64,000 nt of DNA, from contig CM059432.1 of NCBI GenBank assembly GCA_030390025.1, positions 85,748,001-85,812,000 of the forward strand. The letters run 5' to 3'. Origin of the DNA: Squalus acanthias (taxonomy: Eukaryota). The translations under genes and the position numbers were made by a program. Below the pieces are notes generated by a model. The model was given only the letters and a program-made list of their open reading frames with translations, searched no databases and was not told where the DNA came from. This document shows, piece by piece, positions 25,827-39,490 of this stretch; the stretch's first letter is position 1, and every line of letters begins with the position of its first letter.

Positions 25827-26003
25827 CCATTGTCGCTTGCCCCATCACCATGACAACGGTGGTTGTGTGAATTCATGGCTGGTGGCTGACATGTTACACA
25901 GACCGTGTAACCTTCTCGCAGATACTGCATCCATCTAGCAAATGGACGATTCTCTACAGTGCAGTGGAAGGACAGCGATTCAATCGTAAACTCTGTACAA
26001 TAC
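25827..26003 (-). CDS. SBSPON: SBSPON coding exon 4
   Basis: YCTEFTIESLSFHCTVENRPFARWMQYLREGYTVCVTCQPPAMNS..RCHGDG. 177 nt, AG/GT flanks, phase 2-2. Confidence 0.95.
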
Positions 26004-26034
26004 CTGATTAATAACATAAGAAGTAAAAGTGAAT

Positions 26035-27700
26035 TAGGAACATAGGAACAGGAGGAGGCCTTTCAGCCCCTCGAGCCTGTTCCGCCATTCAGTGAGATTA
26101 TGGCTGGTTTGTATCCCAACTCCATCCACCCTGTCTGGCTCCATATCCCTTTATACCCTTGGCTAGAAGAAAATCTATCGATTTCCGATTTTAAAATTAA
26201 TTGAGCTAGTATCTACTGCTTTTTGTGGGAGAGAGTCCCACACTTCTACCACCGTTTGCGTGAAGAAATGTTTCCTAACTTCTCTCCTGAATTGCCTGGC
26301 TCTGATTTTAAGGATATGTCCCCTTGTCCTGGAGTCCCTCACCAGTGTAAAAAGTTTCTCTCTATCTACTCTATCAATTCCTTTCAAAATCCTAAAAACC
26401 TTAATCAAATCACTCCCTAGCCTTCTATATTCCATGGAATACAAGCTTAGTTTATATAATCTCTCCTCATAATCTAACCCTTGGAACCCTGGTAACATTC
26501 TGGTGAATCTGCTCTGCATTCCTTCCAAGGCCAATATATCCTCCACCACAGGCTCACTGGGGCTGCAGTGTGTCCCATCTACAAGATGCACTGCAGCAAC
26601 TCTCCAAGGCTTCTTCGACAGCACCTCCCAAACCCGCGACCTCTACCACCTAGAAGGACAAGGGCAGCAGGTGCATGGGTACACCACCACCTCCAAGTTA
26701 CACCTGATTTGGAAATATATTGCTGTTCCTTCATCGTCGCTGTATCAAAATCCTGGAACTCCTTACGTAACAGCACTGTGGGAGTACCTTCACCACACAG
26801 ACTGCAGCGGTTCAAGAAGGTGACTCACCACCACCTTCTCAAGGGCAATTAGGGATGGGCAATAAATGCTGGCCTTGCCAGCGACACCCACATCCCGTGA
26901 ATGAATTTTTAAAAGAAACATCCTTTCTAAGGTGTAGTGCCCAGGACTGTACACAGTACATCGGATGTGGTCTAACCAGGGCTTTGTATTGTTGTAGCAA
27001 AACTTCCCTTTTATTCTAGCTCTCTATTTATAAAGGCTAACATTCCATTAGCCTTTTAAATTATTTTTTGTACCTGACTGCTGCATTTTAGTGATCTGTG
27101 TACATGGACCCCTAAATCGCTTCAGATATCCACTGTTCCTAGCTTTTCACCATTTAAAAAATACTTGGATCTATCCTTTTTTAGTCCAAAATGGAGGACC
27201 TCACACTTACCTGCATTAAAATCCATCTGCTACAGTTTTGCCCACTCACTTAATCTATCAATGTCTCTGTCATTTTATGCTCCCAGCTGCACGACTTACT
27301 ATGCCACCAATTTTTGTGTCACAGGCAAACTTAGATATATGGCTCTCTATTATGTTATCTAATTCATTAATATAGTGAATAGTCGAGGCCCCAGCACAGA
27401 TCCTTGTGGGACACCACTAGTCACTTTCTTCCAATTCGAGTACATACCCATTATCCTTAATCTCTGACTTCTACTGCCTAACCAATCTCCTAACCAGGTC
27501 AATAATGTGCCTTCAATTCCATGCGCTTTAATTTTAGCTAACAGTCTCTTATGTGAAACCTTATCGAATGCCTTCTCGAATTCCAAATAAACTACATCCA
27601 CAGACATTCCCCTGTCTACTACTTTAGTTACGTCCTCAGAAAATTCAATTAGGTTCATTAGACATGACCTACCCTTTACAAATCTATGTTGGCTCTCCCT
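26035..27700 (-). mobile_element. CR1 LINE fragments with a nested insertion
   Basis: [27 protein letters not shown] and a C-terminal FRREVRKHFFTQ, with a CR1-type tail. Confidence 0.85.
26544..26918 (+). mobile_element. 3' fragment of the 14190-17168 LINE family, nested in CR1
   Basis: Closely matches about 16775-17165. Short ATCC duplication at the flanks. Confidence 0.85.
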
Positions 27701-29826
27701 TAATCAGTTCAATTATTGTTCACAATTATTTCACCTTGAAACTCACAGTCTATGTAAGAAAGGTATCATCAATTACCTTTTGTTTTCTGTAATCTTTAAC
27801 CTGATTAATATTACAATATATTTTTAAACACATTATTGTTTATGTTGATATTTTTCAACAATATAGGTTTCAGGCATTAAAGGTAGTTCCAGACTTGAGC
27901 ATCATTTAAACAGAACTGTTGAGGTGCAGCCACCAAACCGGCATCCCATTACAACTCACCGAATTTGGGCCGTCACAATATCGGGCTTCTTACAGGCAGC
28001 CCAGCTGGGGGTGGAGGTTCCCAATCGTGGGGGTAGGGGGGATCATGGGAGAGAAGCCCAGGATGAGAGCAGCCCAGATTATTTAGCTTTTTGGGACCTT
28101 TTCTACTGTAAAGATCAAAAACCGTCTGTAAAAATGGTCGCGGAGTGCCTGGCACATGTTCCGCTCACATCTGTTCTAAAATGGCAATCAGGGCCCAATG
28201 TGCATCATAGGACCCCAATTTGCTTTTTTAAAGGGCCTACCACCTGAAACAGGCAGGCGCTTCAGCCACTCAGCAGTAAAAATGGTGGCAGCATTAGTGT
28301 TAAGGGGACGGTAAGTCTACCGACACCATTTTGAGGCTGTTAATGCAATTTGGGCAAGTTAAAATTGGCCCCTATATTTCTGATGCATACTTCCCATTAA
28401 ACATGGAGCATTGTGACTGCATTCATGACAGGAGAGACATGTTCTCCATAAACAGGGTGCAGCACTTGCTTATTGTTGTACAAGTGTTGGTGAGCAATCA
28501 AAAGCATGGTTTGTCCTTTTAAAGAAAGTAGCCAGCAGCTTCTTTGAGATATGCTCAGAATTCTGTCTCCTTCTGCTGTAGAACTGGAACTTTTATTTTA
28601 CTTAACTTATGTCATATGATTTCTTCTGTCAGAAGCTGCCTATAGAATCATTCCACAAAATATTTATCTTGCTTGTTTATGCCAGAATTTGGTCAAAAGG
28701 AAAACTGAAATGGATAATGGAACTTAAAACAGATAATAAACCCACAAGTTGGCCAGGTTGTACTGCGGAGCCCTCAGATCCCTTACTGCCTGATCACAGT
28801 TCTTTCATTAAAACAAATCACAAGTCAGTTTAAAAAATGCATTAAAAATGTTCTGTTATCTATGTTGTTTCCTGTTTCGTTCATGCCTCCTTTATCACTA
28901 GACTCTTCAGTTGGTCAGAAGAGTAGGATGATCCAGCTGCTGAGGCCTCCACTGGCTCATTGCCATAATTTGGTCGTTGCCAGGAGGGAGACCTGACCAG
29001 TGCAAAAATGTATCTCCTGGGCCATTTTCCCTGCTGCCTCTCAGTGTCATGGTCAAGGCTGACAAAACACTAGAGGGGAAGCCTGAGGGAAAATATCAAA
29101 TTGAGGCATTTGAACTTGTTACATATTTAAGAGTCTAATGTATGAGCACTGGATTACTTCCACTTTTTTTTTTAAAACGGCATCATTGCCAGACTGCAGT
29201 CAAGCCTGACGATGCAGGAATCTCTTTCCCATACAGAACAATTAAAGTATCCTGCTTTTCATACCATTCTTGTGCATCTGTTTGAGTGTCTCTTCCTGAC
29301 TCAGTGGTACAACACACTGCACATTCACTGGCACTTTTTCTTACCACGTTGCTTTGTATTTACAGATACTTCTCTCCTGCATGCCTTATGCTGCTTTAAT
29401 CTGCTCTAATCCTGGCTCCCTGTATTTATTTACTCTCACCATGTTGAATTAATTTTCACCTTCTATTCTGCAGCTTTGCAGTTGCATATTCTTTCTTTTC
29501 CTGAACAATTCATGTATTCTCACTCTCAGTAAAATTTAAATAGAAAAAAATTCTGGAAATATACAGCAGGGCCATCAGCAACTGAAAAGAGAAAATATAG
29601 GTTAAAGCTTCAAGTAGAAACCTTTTGTCAAAACACTAAAATACCTCAGTGTTCACTTGTAGTCCAGTTATAAATCTCCTTTCTAATTTGTAATGCAGTA
29701 TAGTACAGGTTTTGCCAGCTATTTAGATTGAGTACATAAAGACATATACTATTTTATATTTGATTAATATCCAGCCAATTCTGTTCAGAATGATAACCTG
29801 GTACTATAGTGAAAATTGCTACTCAC

Positions 29827-29905
29827 CCAGGAATCTCTTTATCTTCAAACAAAGCGCGCTTTCTTCTCTCTTTATTGTATTCTGCTGTGCTTATCAAAGC
29901 AGGGA
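29827..29905 (-). CDS. SBSPON: SBSPON coding exon 3 (79 nt, not in the ORF track)
   Basis: TTCTAG acceptor and GTGAGT donor. (V)PALISTAEYNKERRKRALFEDKEIP(G). Phase 1-2 bridges exons 2 and 4 exactly. Confidence 0.9.
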
Positions 29906-30190
29906 CTAGAACAGTAAAACCAAAAGGTTGAATCACAAGCTGCATAATCAGAGCAGTTACTTAATTCATTTTTTAAGAGTAAAGACAAAACCAAACAAGA
30001 CAATGTCAATGTAGCCTAATAGGCTTGTTAGCTAATCATATACGGTGAGGCAAATTTCTTAATATGTACAGACTAGAATCCATTATTTTGTAGTATTACT
30101 GGCTGCTGCATTTTCCTACATTACAACAGAGACCACACTTCAAAAGTAATTTATTGGTTGAGATGCACATTAGGATATCCTGGGGTCATG

Positions 30191-33100
30191 GGGGAGGGAT
30201 TCAAATTCCTGGGACATTGAAACCGGTTCTGGGGGAGGTGGGACCAGTACAAATCGGACGGTTTGCACCTGGGCAGGACCGGGACCGATGTCCTTGGGGG
30301 AGTGTTTGCTAGTGCTCTGGGGGAAGGTTTAAACTAAAATGGCAGGGGGTTGGGAACCTGAGCAGGGAGACAGAGGAAAGGGAAACAAGAATAGAAGCAA
30401 AAGTCAGGAAGGAAAAAAACAAAAGGTGGCAGTCAGAGAAATCAAGGGTTTAAATCAAACGTGGCCACAGTAAATAATAATTCTAAAAGGTCTAAGAGCA
30501 TTAAAAAAACAAGCCTGAAGGCTTTGTGTCTTAATGCGAGGAGCATTCATAATAAGGTGGATGAATTAGCTGCGCAAATAGAGGTAAACAAATATGATAT
30601 GATTGGGAATACGGAAACATGGCTCCAGGGTGACCAAGGCTGGGAACTCAACATACAGGGGTATTCAATATTCAGGAAAGATAGGCAAAAAGGAAAAGGA
30701 GGTGGGATAGCATTGCTGGTTAAAGAGGGGATTAACACAATTGTAAGGAAGATATTAGCTCTGATGATGTGGAATCTGTATGAGTAGAACTGAGAAATAC
30801 CAAGGGGCAGAAAACACTAGTGGGAGTGGTGTATAGACCCCCAAACAGTAATACGGAGGTTGAGGATGGCATTAAAAGGAAAATTAGATAAGCGTGCAAT
30901 AAGAGCACAGCAGTTATCATGGGTGACTTTAATCTACATATAGATTGGACTAACCAAATTAGTAACAATACTGTGGAGGAGGAATTCCTGGAGTGTATAT
31001 GGGATGGTTTCCTGGACCAATATGTCGAGGAACCAACTAGAGATCAGGCTATCTTAGACTGGGTATTATGTAATGAGAAAGGATTAATTAGCAATCTTGT
31101 GCGAGGCCCCTTGGGTCGGAGCGATCATAATATGATAGAATTCTTCATTAAGATGGAGAGTGAAGTAGTTGACTCAGAGACTAGGGTCCTGAATTTAAAT
31201 AAAGGAAACTACGATGGTATGAGGCACGAGTTCGGTAGGATTGATTGGGGAATGTCACTCAAAGGGTTGACGGTGGATAGGCAATGGCAAACATTCAAAG
31301 ATCACATGAATGAACTACAGAATTTGTTCATCCCAGTTTGGCATAAAAATAAAACAAAAAAGGTGACTCAACCGTGGCTAACAAGGGAAATTAGGGATAG
31401 CATAAGATCCAAGGAGAGGACATATAAATTGGCCAGAAAAAGCAGAAAACCTGAGGATTGGGAGCAGTATAGGATTCAGCAAAGAAGGACAAAGGGATTA
31501 ATTAAGAGGGGGGAAATAGAGTATGAGAGTAAGCTTGCAGGGAACATAAAAACTGACTGTAAAAGCTTTTATAGATATGTAAAGAGAAAAAGATTGGTGA
31601 AGTTAAGCGTAGGTCCCTTGCAGTCAGAATCAGGGGAATTTATAATGGGGAACAAAGAAATGGCTGACCAATTAAATACATACTTTGGTTCTGTCTTCAC
31701 AAAGGAGGACACAAATAACCTCCCAGAGATGTCGGGGAACATAGGGTCTAATGAGAGGGAGGAACTGAAAGAAATCAGTATTTGTAGGGAAATAGTGTTA
31801 GGGAAATTGACTGGATTGAAGGCCAATAAATCCCCAGGGCCTGATAATCTACATCCTAGGGTACTTAAGGAAGTGGCCCTAGAAATAGTAGATGCATTGC
31901 TGGTCATCTTCCAAAATTCGATAGACTCTGGAACAGTACCCATGGATTGGAGGGTAGCTAATGTTACCCCACTATTCAAAAAAGGTGGCAGAGAGAAAAC
32001 GGGGAATTATAGACCGGTAAGCCTGACATCGGTAGTGGGAAAAATGCTAGAGTCCATTATAAAAGATGTAATAGCAGAGCACTTGGAAAACAGTGACAGG
32101 ATCGGACAAAGTCAACATAGATTTACAAAAGGTAAATCGTGCTTGACTAATCTACTGGAATTTTTTGAGGATGTAACTGGGAAAATAGATAAGGGAGAAC
32201 CAGTGGATGTGGTGTATTTGGACTTTCAGAAGGCTTTCGATAAGGTCTCGCATAAGAGATTAGCGTGTAAAGTTAAGGCACATGGGATTGGGGGCAAGGT
32301 ATTGACTTGGATAGAGAACTGGTTGGCAGACAGAAAGCAAAGAGTTGGAATAAACGGGTCTTTTTCCGAGTGGCAGGCAGTGACTAGTGGGGTACCGCAG
32401 GGATCGGTCCTAGGACCCCAGCTATTCACAATATATATTAATGATCTAGACGAGGGAATTGGATGTAATATCTCCAAGTTTGCAGACGACACAAAGCTGG
32501 GTGGGAGTGTGTGCCGTGAGGAGGATGCCGAGAAACTCCAGTATGATTTGGACAGGTTGGGTGATTGGGCAGAAGCATGGTAGATGCAATATAATGTGGA
32601 TAAATGCGAGGTTATCCACTTTGGTGTCAAAAACAGGAAGGCAGATTATTATCTGAATGGCAATAGATTGGGAGAAGGGGAAGTGCAACGAGACCTGGGT
32701 GTCCTTGTGCACCAGTCGCTGAAGGTAAGCATGCAGGTGCAGCAGGCGGTTAAGAAGGCAAATGGTATGTTGGCCTTCGTAGCAAAAGGGTTCGAGTACA
32801 GGAACAAGGATGTCTTGCTGCAGTTGTACAGGGCCTTGGTGAGACCACATCTTGAGTATTGTGTGCAGTTTTGGTCACCTTATCTGAGGAAGGATGTTCT
32901 TGCCATGGAGGGAGTGCAGCGAAGATTCACCAGGCTGATACCTGGGATGGCAGGAATGACGTATGAGGAGAGATTGGGTCGATTGGGCTTATACTCGCTG
33001 GAGTTTAGAAGAATGAGAGGGGATCTCATTGAAACTTATAAAATTCTAACAGGACTAGACAGACTAGATGCAGGAAGAATGTTCCCGATGGCCGGGGAGT

Positions 33101-33409
33101 CCAGAACCAGGGGTCACAGTCTAAGGATAAGGGGTAAGCCATTTAGGACTGAGATGAGGAGGAATTTCTTCACCCAGAGAGTGGTGAACCTGTGGAATTC
33201 TCTACCACAGAAGGCAGTAGAGGCCAATTCATTAAATATATTCAAGAAGGAGTTAGATATATTTCTTAAAGCTAAAGGGATCAAGGGATATGGAGAGAAG
33301 GCAGGGTCAGGGTACTGAATTTGGATGATCAGCCATGATCTCATTGAATGGCGGAGCAGGCTCGAGGGGCTGAATGGCCTGCTCCTGCTCCTATCTCCTA
33401 TCTTCTATG
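30191..33409 (+). mobile_element. CR1 LINE: 3' end of ORF1 and near-complete ORF2, in SBSPON intron 2 (antisense)
   Basis: DGLHLGRTG near 30255 (SGNH esterase-type ORF1 motif). ORF2 has [29 protein letters not shown] and KFADDTK, with a few stops and a frameshift. Inserted into a SINE/L2 tail (30090-30190, 33410-33432). Confidence 0.95.
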
Positions 33410-34329
33410 AAAGGTGCTAAATAAATAGAAGTACTTTCCTTATTATGAATAATTTAATATTAATGAACAGCATTCAGTGATAGTCTATACTCAGGCCTGA
33501 AAGTAAACTGATGTTATCATAATAGCTGCTTATTCGGTCTACACGGTTGTTACAACTGCAATGAAGAAAACAGTTATACTTTGACTGCTACTATCGTCAG
33601 AATTCTCTGAATATCAACATCTATTTTCTTCCTCTCAAACTGATATCTCTTCATCAAACATCCATTTAGTAGAGATATTGCTGGAGGCTTCATGCTCAGT
33701 TATGCAAAGTTATACAGAAAGGGCCCATGCACGAGTGAATGCTTTCAGGGTTAGATGTGACAATCATATTTCTGAGAAAATGGTTATGTAGTGTCACACT
33801 GATTTAAGCCACTGTCCTTTCACCGCGGAGATCTGGATATAAATCCAACCCTGACTAATAGAACAATAGTGTCTTCTCTCTGCCAGCTCTAAGGATCGTA
33901 AGTGAAATGAGATCATACATTCCATTACACAAAATGGCGCGGGTTTGGCATCAATTGGCAATTCACTCAAAGCCATAAGAATAGCTAGTGTGGAAAATGA
34001 AAAATTCATACTGTTACACTTTAGGATGTTTTTCTGAGTTTTGGGTTAAGGTACGTCATACTATGAGCATATTTCTACATATAAAACATGCATTAACAGT
34101 CTTGGGAGTGCTTGATGATAATACAGGTGAAATAGGGGATGGGAAAATGTTCCATTACCCCAATACTGACATGTTTCACTTTAATAAACAAAAGAAAATT
34201 CAATAATGTCAATTTGCAGTGCCCGAAAAGGCTTTCTCACTCATCAAAAGCAATTTTTAGATAAATCAATACAAAAATCCAAAGACTATATTGAGAGCGA
34301 GATTATGAGAAAAACTAACAGATCTGTAC

Positions 34330-34524
34330 CATGAGACTGTCCGCAATGTACACCCTGGTAATTCATGTACTCCAGGCAGCCTGCTCGTTCCTCCAGTGCT
34401 GGGCAAGGATCTCCGTGATTCTTAGGTTCTTGCTCAATGTGACGCCGTCGAATCCGCACAGTTGGTTGGCATTGCTCAGCACAGCCACTCCAGTGACTCC
34501 ACTCACTCACTACACATGGACTGG
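34330..34524 (-). CDS. SBSPON: SBSPON coding exon 2 (thrombospondin type-1 domain)
   Basis: (A)SPCVVSEWSHWSGCAEQCQPTVRIRRRHIEQEPKNHGDPCPALEERAGC (WSxWS and RxR motifs). 195 nt, phase 1-1. Confidence 0.95.
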
Positions 34525-35108
34525 CTGGAAACAAGGAAACAGCATGAAGTTGCAATTTTTGCCGAGGATTGTGGTCGTACTCTTACAGCAAAGATTTTAG
34601 AATATTGTAGTGTACGTCTGTTCTGCCACATTAAAATGTGCACTTCTAATTGTTTTACAGTATGAACTGTGGCTGATTTCATATCTGGAAATTATCCCTC
34701 CATTAAATTCTATCCTGCCACACTCTAGTTTTGATATAGATGTAAATGTTCAGCAGAGCTGTTCTTACTGTGGCAACAGCTTCAGTTTTTCAGTCGAATT
34801 ATCATTTATAAAGGGTAAGTATTTATGCTTATTGGTGTCTCAAGTGTTTATTTTTATTTTTATTGTGAAACAGATGTGTAGGGGGATAAATGTAAACGAA
34901 GGATGATTATCTTCAACATGTTTGCTTCCTATTCTTGGTGTTAATGCGATTAATCTATCTACAGACTGGTTATGTGAAGCTTTTCCAGCCCAAAAAATCT
35001 TTTTGTGGTGCAAGCCTGGACATAGAAGTTTATTTTCCGCCATAATATGCAATCCATTGCTATCCAATGCTCTATCTAGTGGCCGAATTAATAAGTGCAA
35101 AATTCACC

Positions 35109-35486
35109 GGCCTAAAAATTGGATCGCACCTGAATCAGGAGCAATCCTGGTGCTGCACAAGACCACAGGAAATTGGTCCGCTGGCTCATTTGTTTATTAC
35201 CGTTGAGGTGTCGGCGTCTGTCGCTGCCCCAGAGGCAGCTCACCGATCCCAGAAGACACCAAGATTGAACATAATAAGGTTCAGGGGGTGGGAGGCAATT
35301 TTAAGGGGAGCGAGCAATGGCCAGCAGCAGCCCCAAAATTTAATGAGGAGCTTGTTTCAGGCACGGGCCATGGACGCCTATGCAGGAGCCTTTGCCAATA
35401 TGGCAGGCACAGAATAAATGCGCACATGCCGCCCACCATGTTAGAGCTTAGATGCCTGTTTTATGCCTGCATCCAATTTCTAGGTC
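35109..35486. mobile_element. Harbinger-type MITE
   Basis: TIRs GGCCTAAAAATTGGAT / ATCCAATTTCTAGGTC (like the right end of 7192-11192), ACC TSD. Confidence 0.8.
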
Positions 35487-37889
35487 ACCAAATGGCAATA
35501 TTCGAGTTCAAATGTCAGTTGGAGTTGCAATTCAAAATCATATCCCACTGTCTTTGGAGTTGATATACAGCCATTCTGGCAATAAGGTGACTGTATCTTT
35601 TGATTAATATAGGGGAGTCCAGCATGTTGCAATTGATGACACTGAGCTTAATTAAATGTCAAGATTGCTGGCCAAATCTTTGAAACTGCTCTGAAGGTTC
35701 AATCTACAGGGTAATTGAAAGTTTATCACTCGTTTGCTTATACTTAAAAAAAAAATGTCAATAATAATATTGTCCCTTTGTTAAATTTACTTATATCAGA
35801 GATTCATTGATTACGTAAGTCCTCAGTTTCACACTGAAGCCTCTGGAGGCCCATGTGGAACAGTGCTCGAGATGCTGAGTGGGGTCAAATGCAATAGTTT
35901 AAAACTGGATGTAACTCTACCATTGGATTTTTTTTTGCGAGGACATAAACTTCTTAATTTCCTTTCCTCCCTCTCCCCAAGCTATGCAGCATTTGCAGTA
36001 CAAAATGTGGGTAAACATGTGGCCACCCTGCCAATGCAGCTCAGGGCCAGCTGTGGTCCAAGGAGCCCTCAATGATTCTACCTTTCTTTGTGATGAGGTA
36101 TTTGACCTAAACTCAGCACCTAGCAGCAATTAGACTGCGAACGGGAACTTCAAGGTGTGGAGGGTCAAGTTGTTCCCAAATGCTCGGCATAGCAATGGGA
36201 GATTGGGATCAAGCCAGTCCTCTGTGGCAGGCCCAGTGACCTAATATCTGAGGCAGGCAGTTATTTCCACAGGAGCTGGTCCACACAAATGTAATGGAAT
36301 GATCGCCCAAATAAAGATGAGTTATTATGATGTATATTGCAGCTTTAAAATAAAAACACTAATGCCTTTGAAAGAAACTTCACTATCCTATCTTTCCAAA
36401 ACACTAGTAGTATCTGGATTCTACCTTCCTTGTATCCAAAGCTTAATCTGTGGAACACTGATCATGATTAAGCCTAGGGAAGCTATTTAGATGGTGGGTA
36501 TCTACTTTGCAATATTTGTTGAGTCATGCTGTTAGATTACTTCTTAAAAATGCAGCTAGGTGTGAAAACAAGGTAACAGCTGAGCTAATGGAAGAATTAA
36601 TAAACTTAAAGGAGCAAAAGTTTGGCAAATACTTTCTTAGTTTGAAGAGAAGGAATAATAAGGCCCTTGTAATCTCTTTCATCATGACACCCTTACGTTT
36701 AAGTAACACAGGACTGCTTATCAACAGCATTTACATCATCACATTGTGTTGGTTGCAAAAAAAAGCAAGAAAAGGTATGCCAAGTAGTTTTTTTAGGAAA
36801 GCAGTGCCATTCAAATGGATTAGGGATTAGGATTGGAACCTCCATGCAGGTGAAATTTTGGACTGGTTTTTAACTCCACTGAAACTGCATCTTGGGTTCT
36901 GCACCAGAACTTGTATCTGCGACTGTGCAATGGAGTTTTTAGATTTAAAAAAAAGGTTAAAATAATGCTTTTATATGTGGATTAAGAAATGCTTTTTAGC
37001 ACCAGAATCAATGCATGTCATAATGTAATGATGTCACTGTGTATAAATAGTGAACCAGCCTATGTCACTTCACCATGTCAGCACAATTCTCTTACTTTAA
37101 AAGTTTTCAGACAAATATTTAGTAAAGTGTTCCATCATGATTACTAGAAAATAAAAAAAATCATCCAGATACAACACACAAAACATTGGTTATCAAATTT
37201 ACCCTGAAAACAAATTAAATACTAGAATGGTACAGATTCTAGGGAAGGGAAATGGAAAATACTGTATCTCATTGGTGACTTGGAATTACACAGCCACTTT
37301 GGCAAGTTTGAAAGACCTACAAGCTCAAAAGCTCAGTCTACACAACTGAGCTATGGTGGTCCTACACATGACTTAAAAAAACATCTGCAGCTCACTGACA
37401 CTGTTCAGCTGGTCTATTTATCCCATGGGCCAATACCTCTGGTAACACTTTAATATTTCTTTAAATAAGTTCTTAACACAGCTTGCTGCTGTCATGTTAT
37501 TTCACACATGGGAATTCTCCATTTTGATATTCACATATGAAACAGTAACTCCATAGGCAGTGAAGTTACTAATCACACCATAGAATAAAGATTTAATTAA
37601 AAAAATAAGTGCTATCTCACTGGAGGAAAAAATAGATGTCACGAAAAAGAGAAATATGAAATCTTTATACGTGGAGCAATATGATTCTGATTAATAATTT
37701 TCCTAGGAAGTAAGAATGCTCTTTCCAACCTTCACACCGAGGTACTAAAGGGAAGCATACCCACTTCTTAGGTTAAGGTGCTGGCTTGCAAATCCAAACT
37801 TCTAGGATTTGAGCCCACTCTGATTTTTACTGTAACCTATTCACATCCTTTGGAAGGGAGAGATAATTGAAAGTGAGAATAAATTCCAG

Positions 37890-38634
37890 GGGGGAAAAGT
37901 TGAGTCCCGCCCCCTCTGGAGCGCTAACTTTGCCGGGGCGCTACCCCGAAAAAATTAGCGCCCCCGCAGCTGAAATTCATCGGTAGCGCCCCAAGAGGGA
38001 AGCGGGGCGCTACTGGAAGCGCCCTGCCTCCCCTTTGGAGCGCTGCAAGGGAATATCGCGCCACTATGTGCCGCGGTACAGCAGGCCTTCCTCCCCTTCT
38101 TAAAGGGGAGGGGCCTTGCGCAGCGCGACCCAGGGCCCAGCTGGGCTACTGGGGATCGGACTGCCGGCAAAAGAGCCCGGCACTCAAGGGAAATGCCGGG
38201 CTCATGGAACGCAGCCGGCACTCCGCGGGGGGGGTGGGGGGGGGGGATGTTCAGGAGGCCAGGGCGGCAACAGAGCCAGGTGCTGGCAGGCAGCCAGCAA
38301 CAAAAATGGACGCCCGGCACCTCGCCTTTAATTAGCGATTCCCCAGCCACAGGTAGGCCCCCCTGACCACCGTCAGACATAGCGTCCGGCGGTAATTCAG
38401 GGGGCGCTACTGAAGATCGCGGCCGGGGCGCAAGCAGGGCGCTGCGCACGGCGATGATGTCATCGCCGGCGACGCAGCACCGCGGGGCACTAACAGTTAC
38501 CGCCGCCGCTAACCTCCCACTGAATTTCACGGGAGGCGTTGGCAGCGCCTCGCCCGGGCGCTAGTTGCTTTGCGCCCCATTAGCACCCTCTTAGGGCGCT
38601 AACGGGAGGCGCAAAGCAACCGATTTTCTGCCTC
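37890..38634. mobile_element. Harbinger-type MITE related to 21092-21984
   Basis: CAG TSD. The right ~250 bp is highly similar to 21730-21984. GC/CpG-rich. Confidence 0.8.
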
Positions 38635-39490
38635 CAGTAGTTCTAACATTACTGAGTTCTGTAAGAGGGAGAAATGATTAAACTACACGGTAGAGATAAG
38701 AAGAAAAGATGAGGTCGCTGGGTACGGGGTGGCTGGGGCTAAAGATATTCCCAACGTGGGTATTCGGCGTCCTCGTGCTGCCCCCTCTGATGTCAAGGGT
38801 CATGTTTGTGGCGAACTGAAGTTTGGCTGTCCCAGAAAAAACAGCAGGAAATTACTGTTTCTTTTTCAAACTTTTTTTTTTTTACTTTGTCGTGCATCTA
38901 ACAAAGAGCGTAGTCTGATAGACTCAAAAATTACAGTTAATGTTATCATTTCTATGGGATTGGAATAGAAGATATATGTAGGGGGTAATTTTATGAACGT
39001 GCGCTCCTGGAGTGGATATCAGGAATTCCGGTGCCCAATCCCTGAAATTTTCCATTGATTAATTTAATAAATTATAGAATCATACAGCACAGAAGGAGGC
39101 CATTTGACCCATCTTGCCTGTGTCGGCTCTTTGAACGAGCTATTCAATTAGTCCCACTCCACTGTTCTTTCCCTGCAAATTTTTCCATTTTAAGTATATA
39201 GCCAATTCCCTTTTGAAAGTTACTACTGAATCTGCTTCCACCATCCTTTCAGGCAGTGCAATCCAGATCATAACAATTAGCTGCATTAAAAAAATTCTCC
39301 TCATCACCCCTCTGGTTCTTTTGCCAATTACTTTAAATCGGTGTCCACTGGGTACCAAACCTTCTGCCAGTGAAAACTGGTTTCTCTTTATTTAGTCTAT
39401 CAAAACCATAATAATTTCGAACACCTCTATTAACTCTCTCCTTAACCTTCTCTGCTCCAAGGAGAACAATCTCAGCTTCTCTAGTCGATC

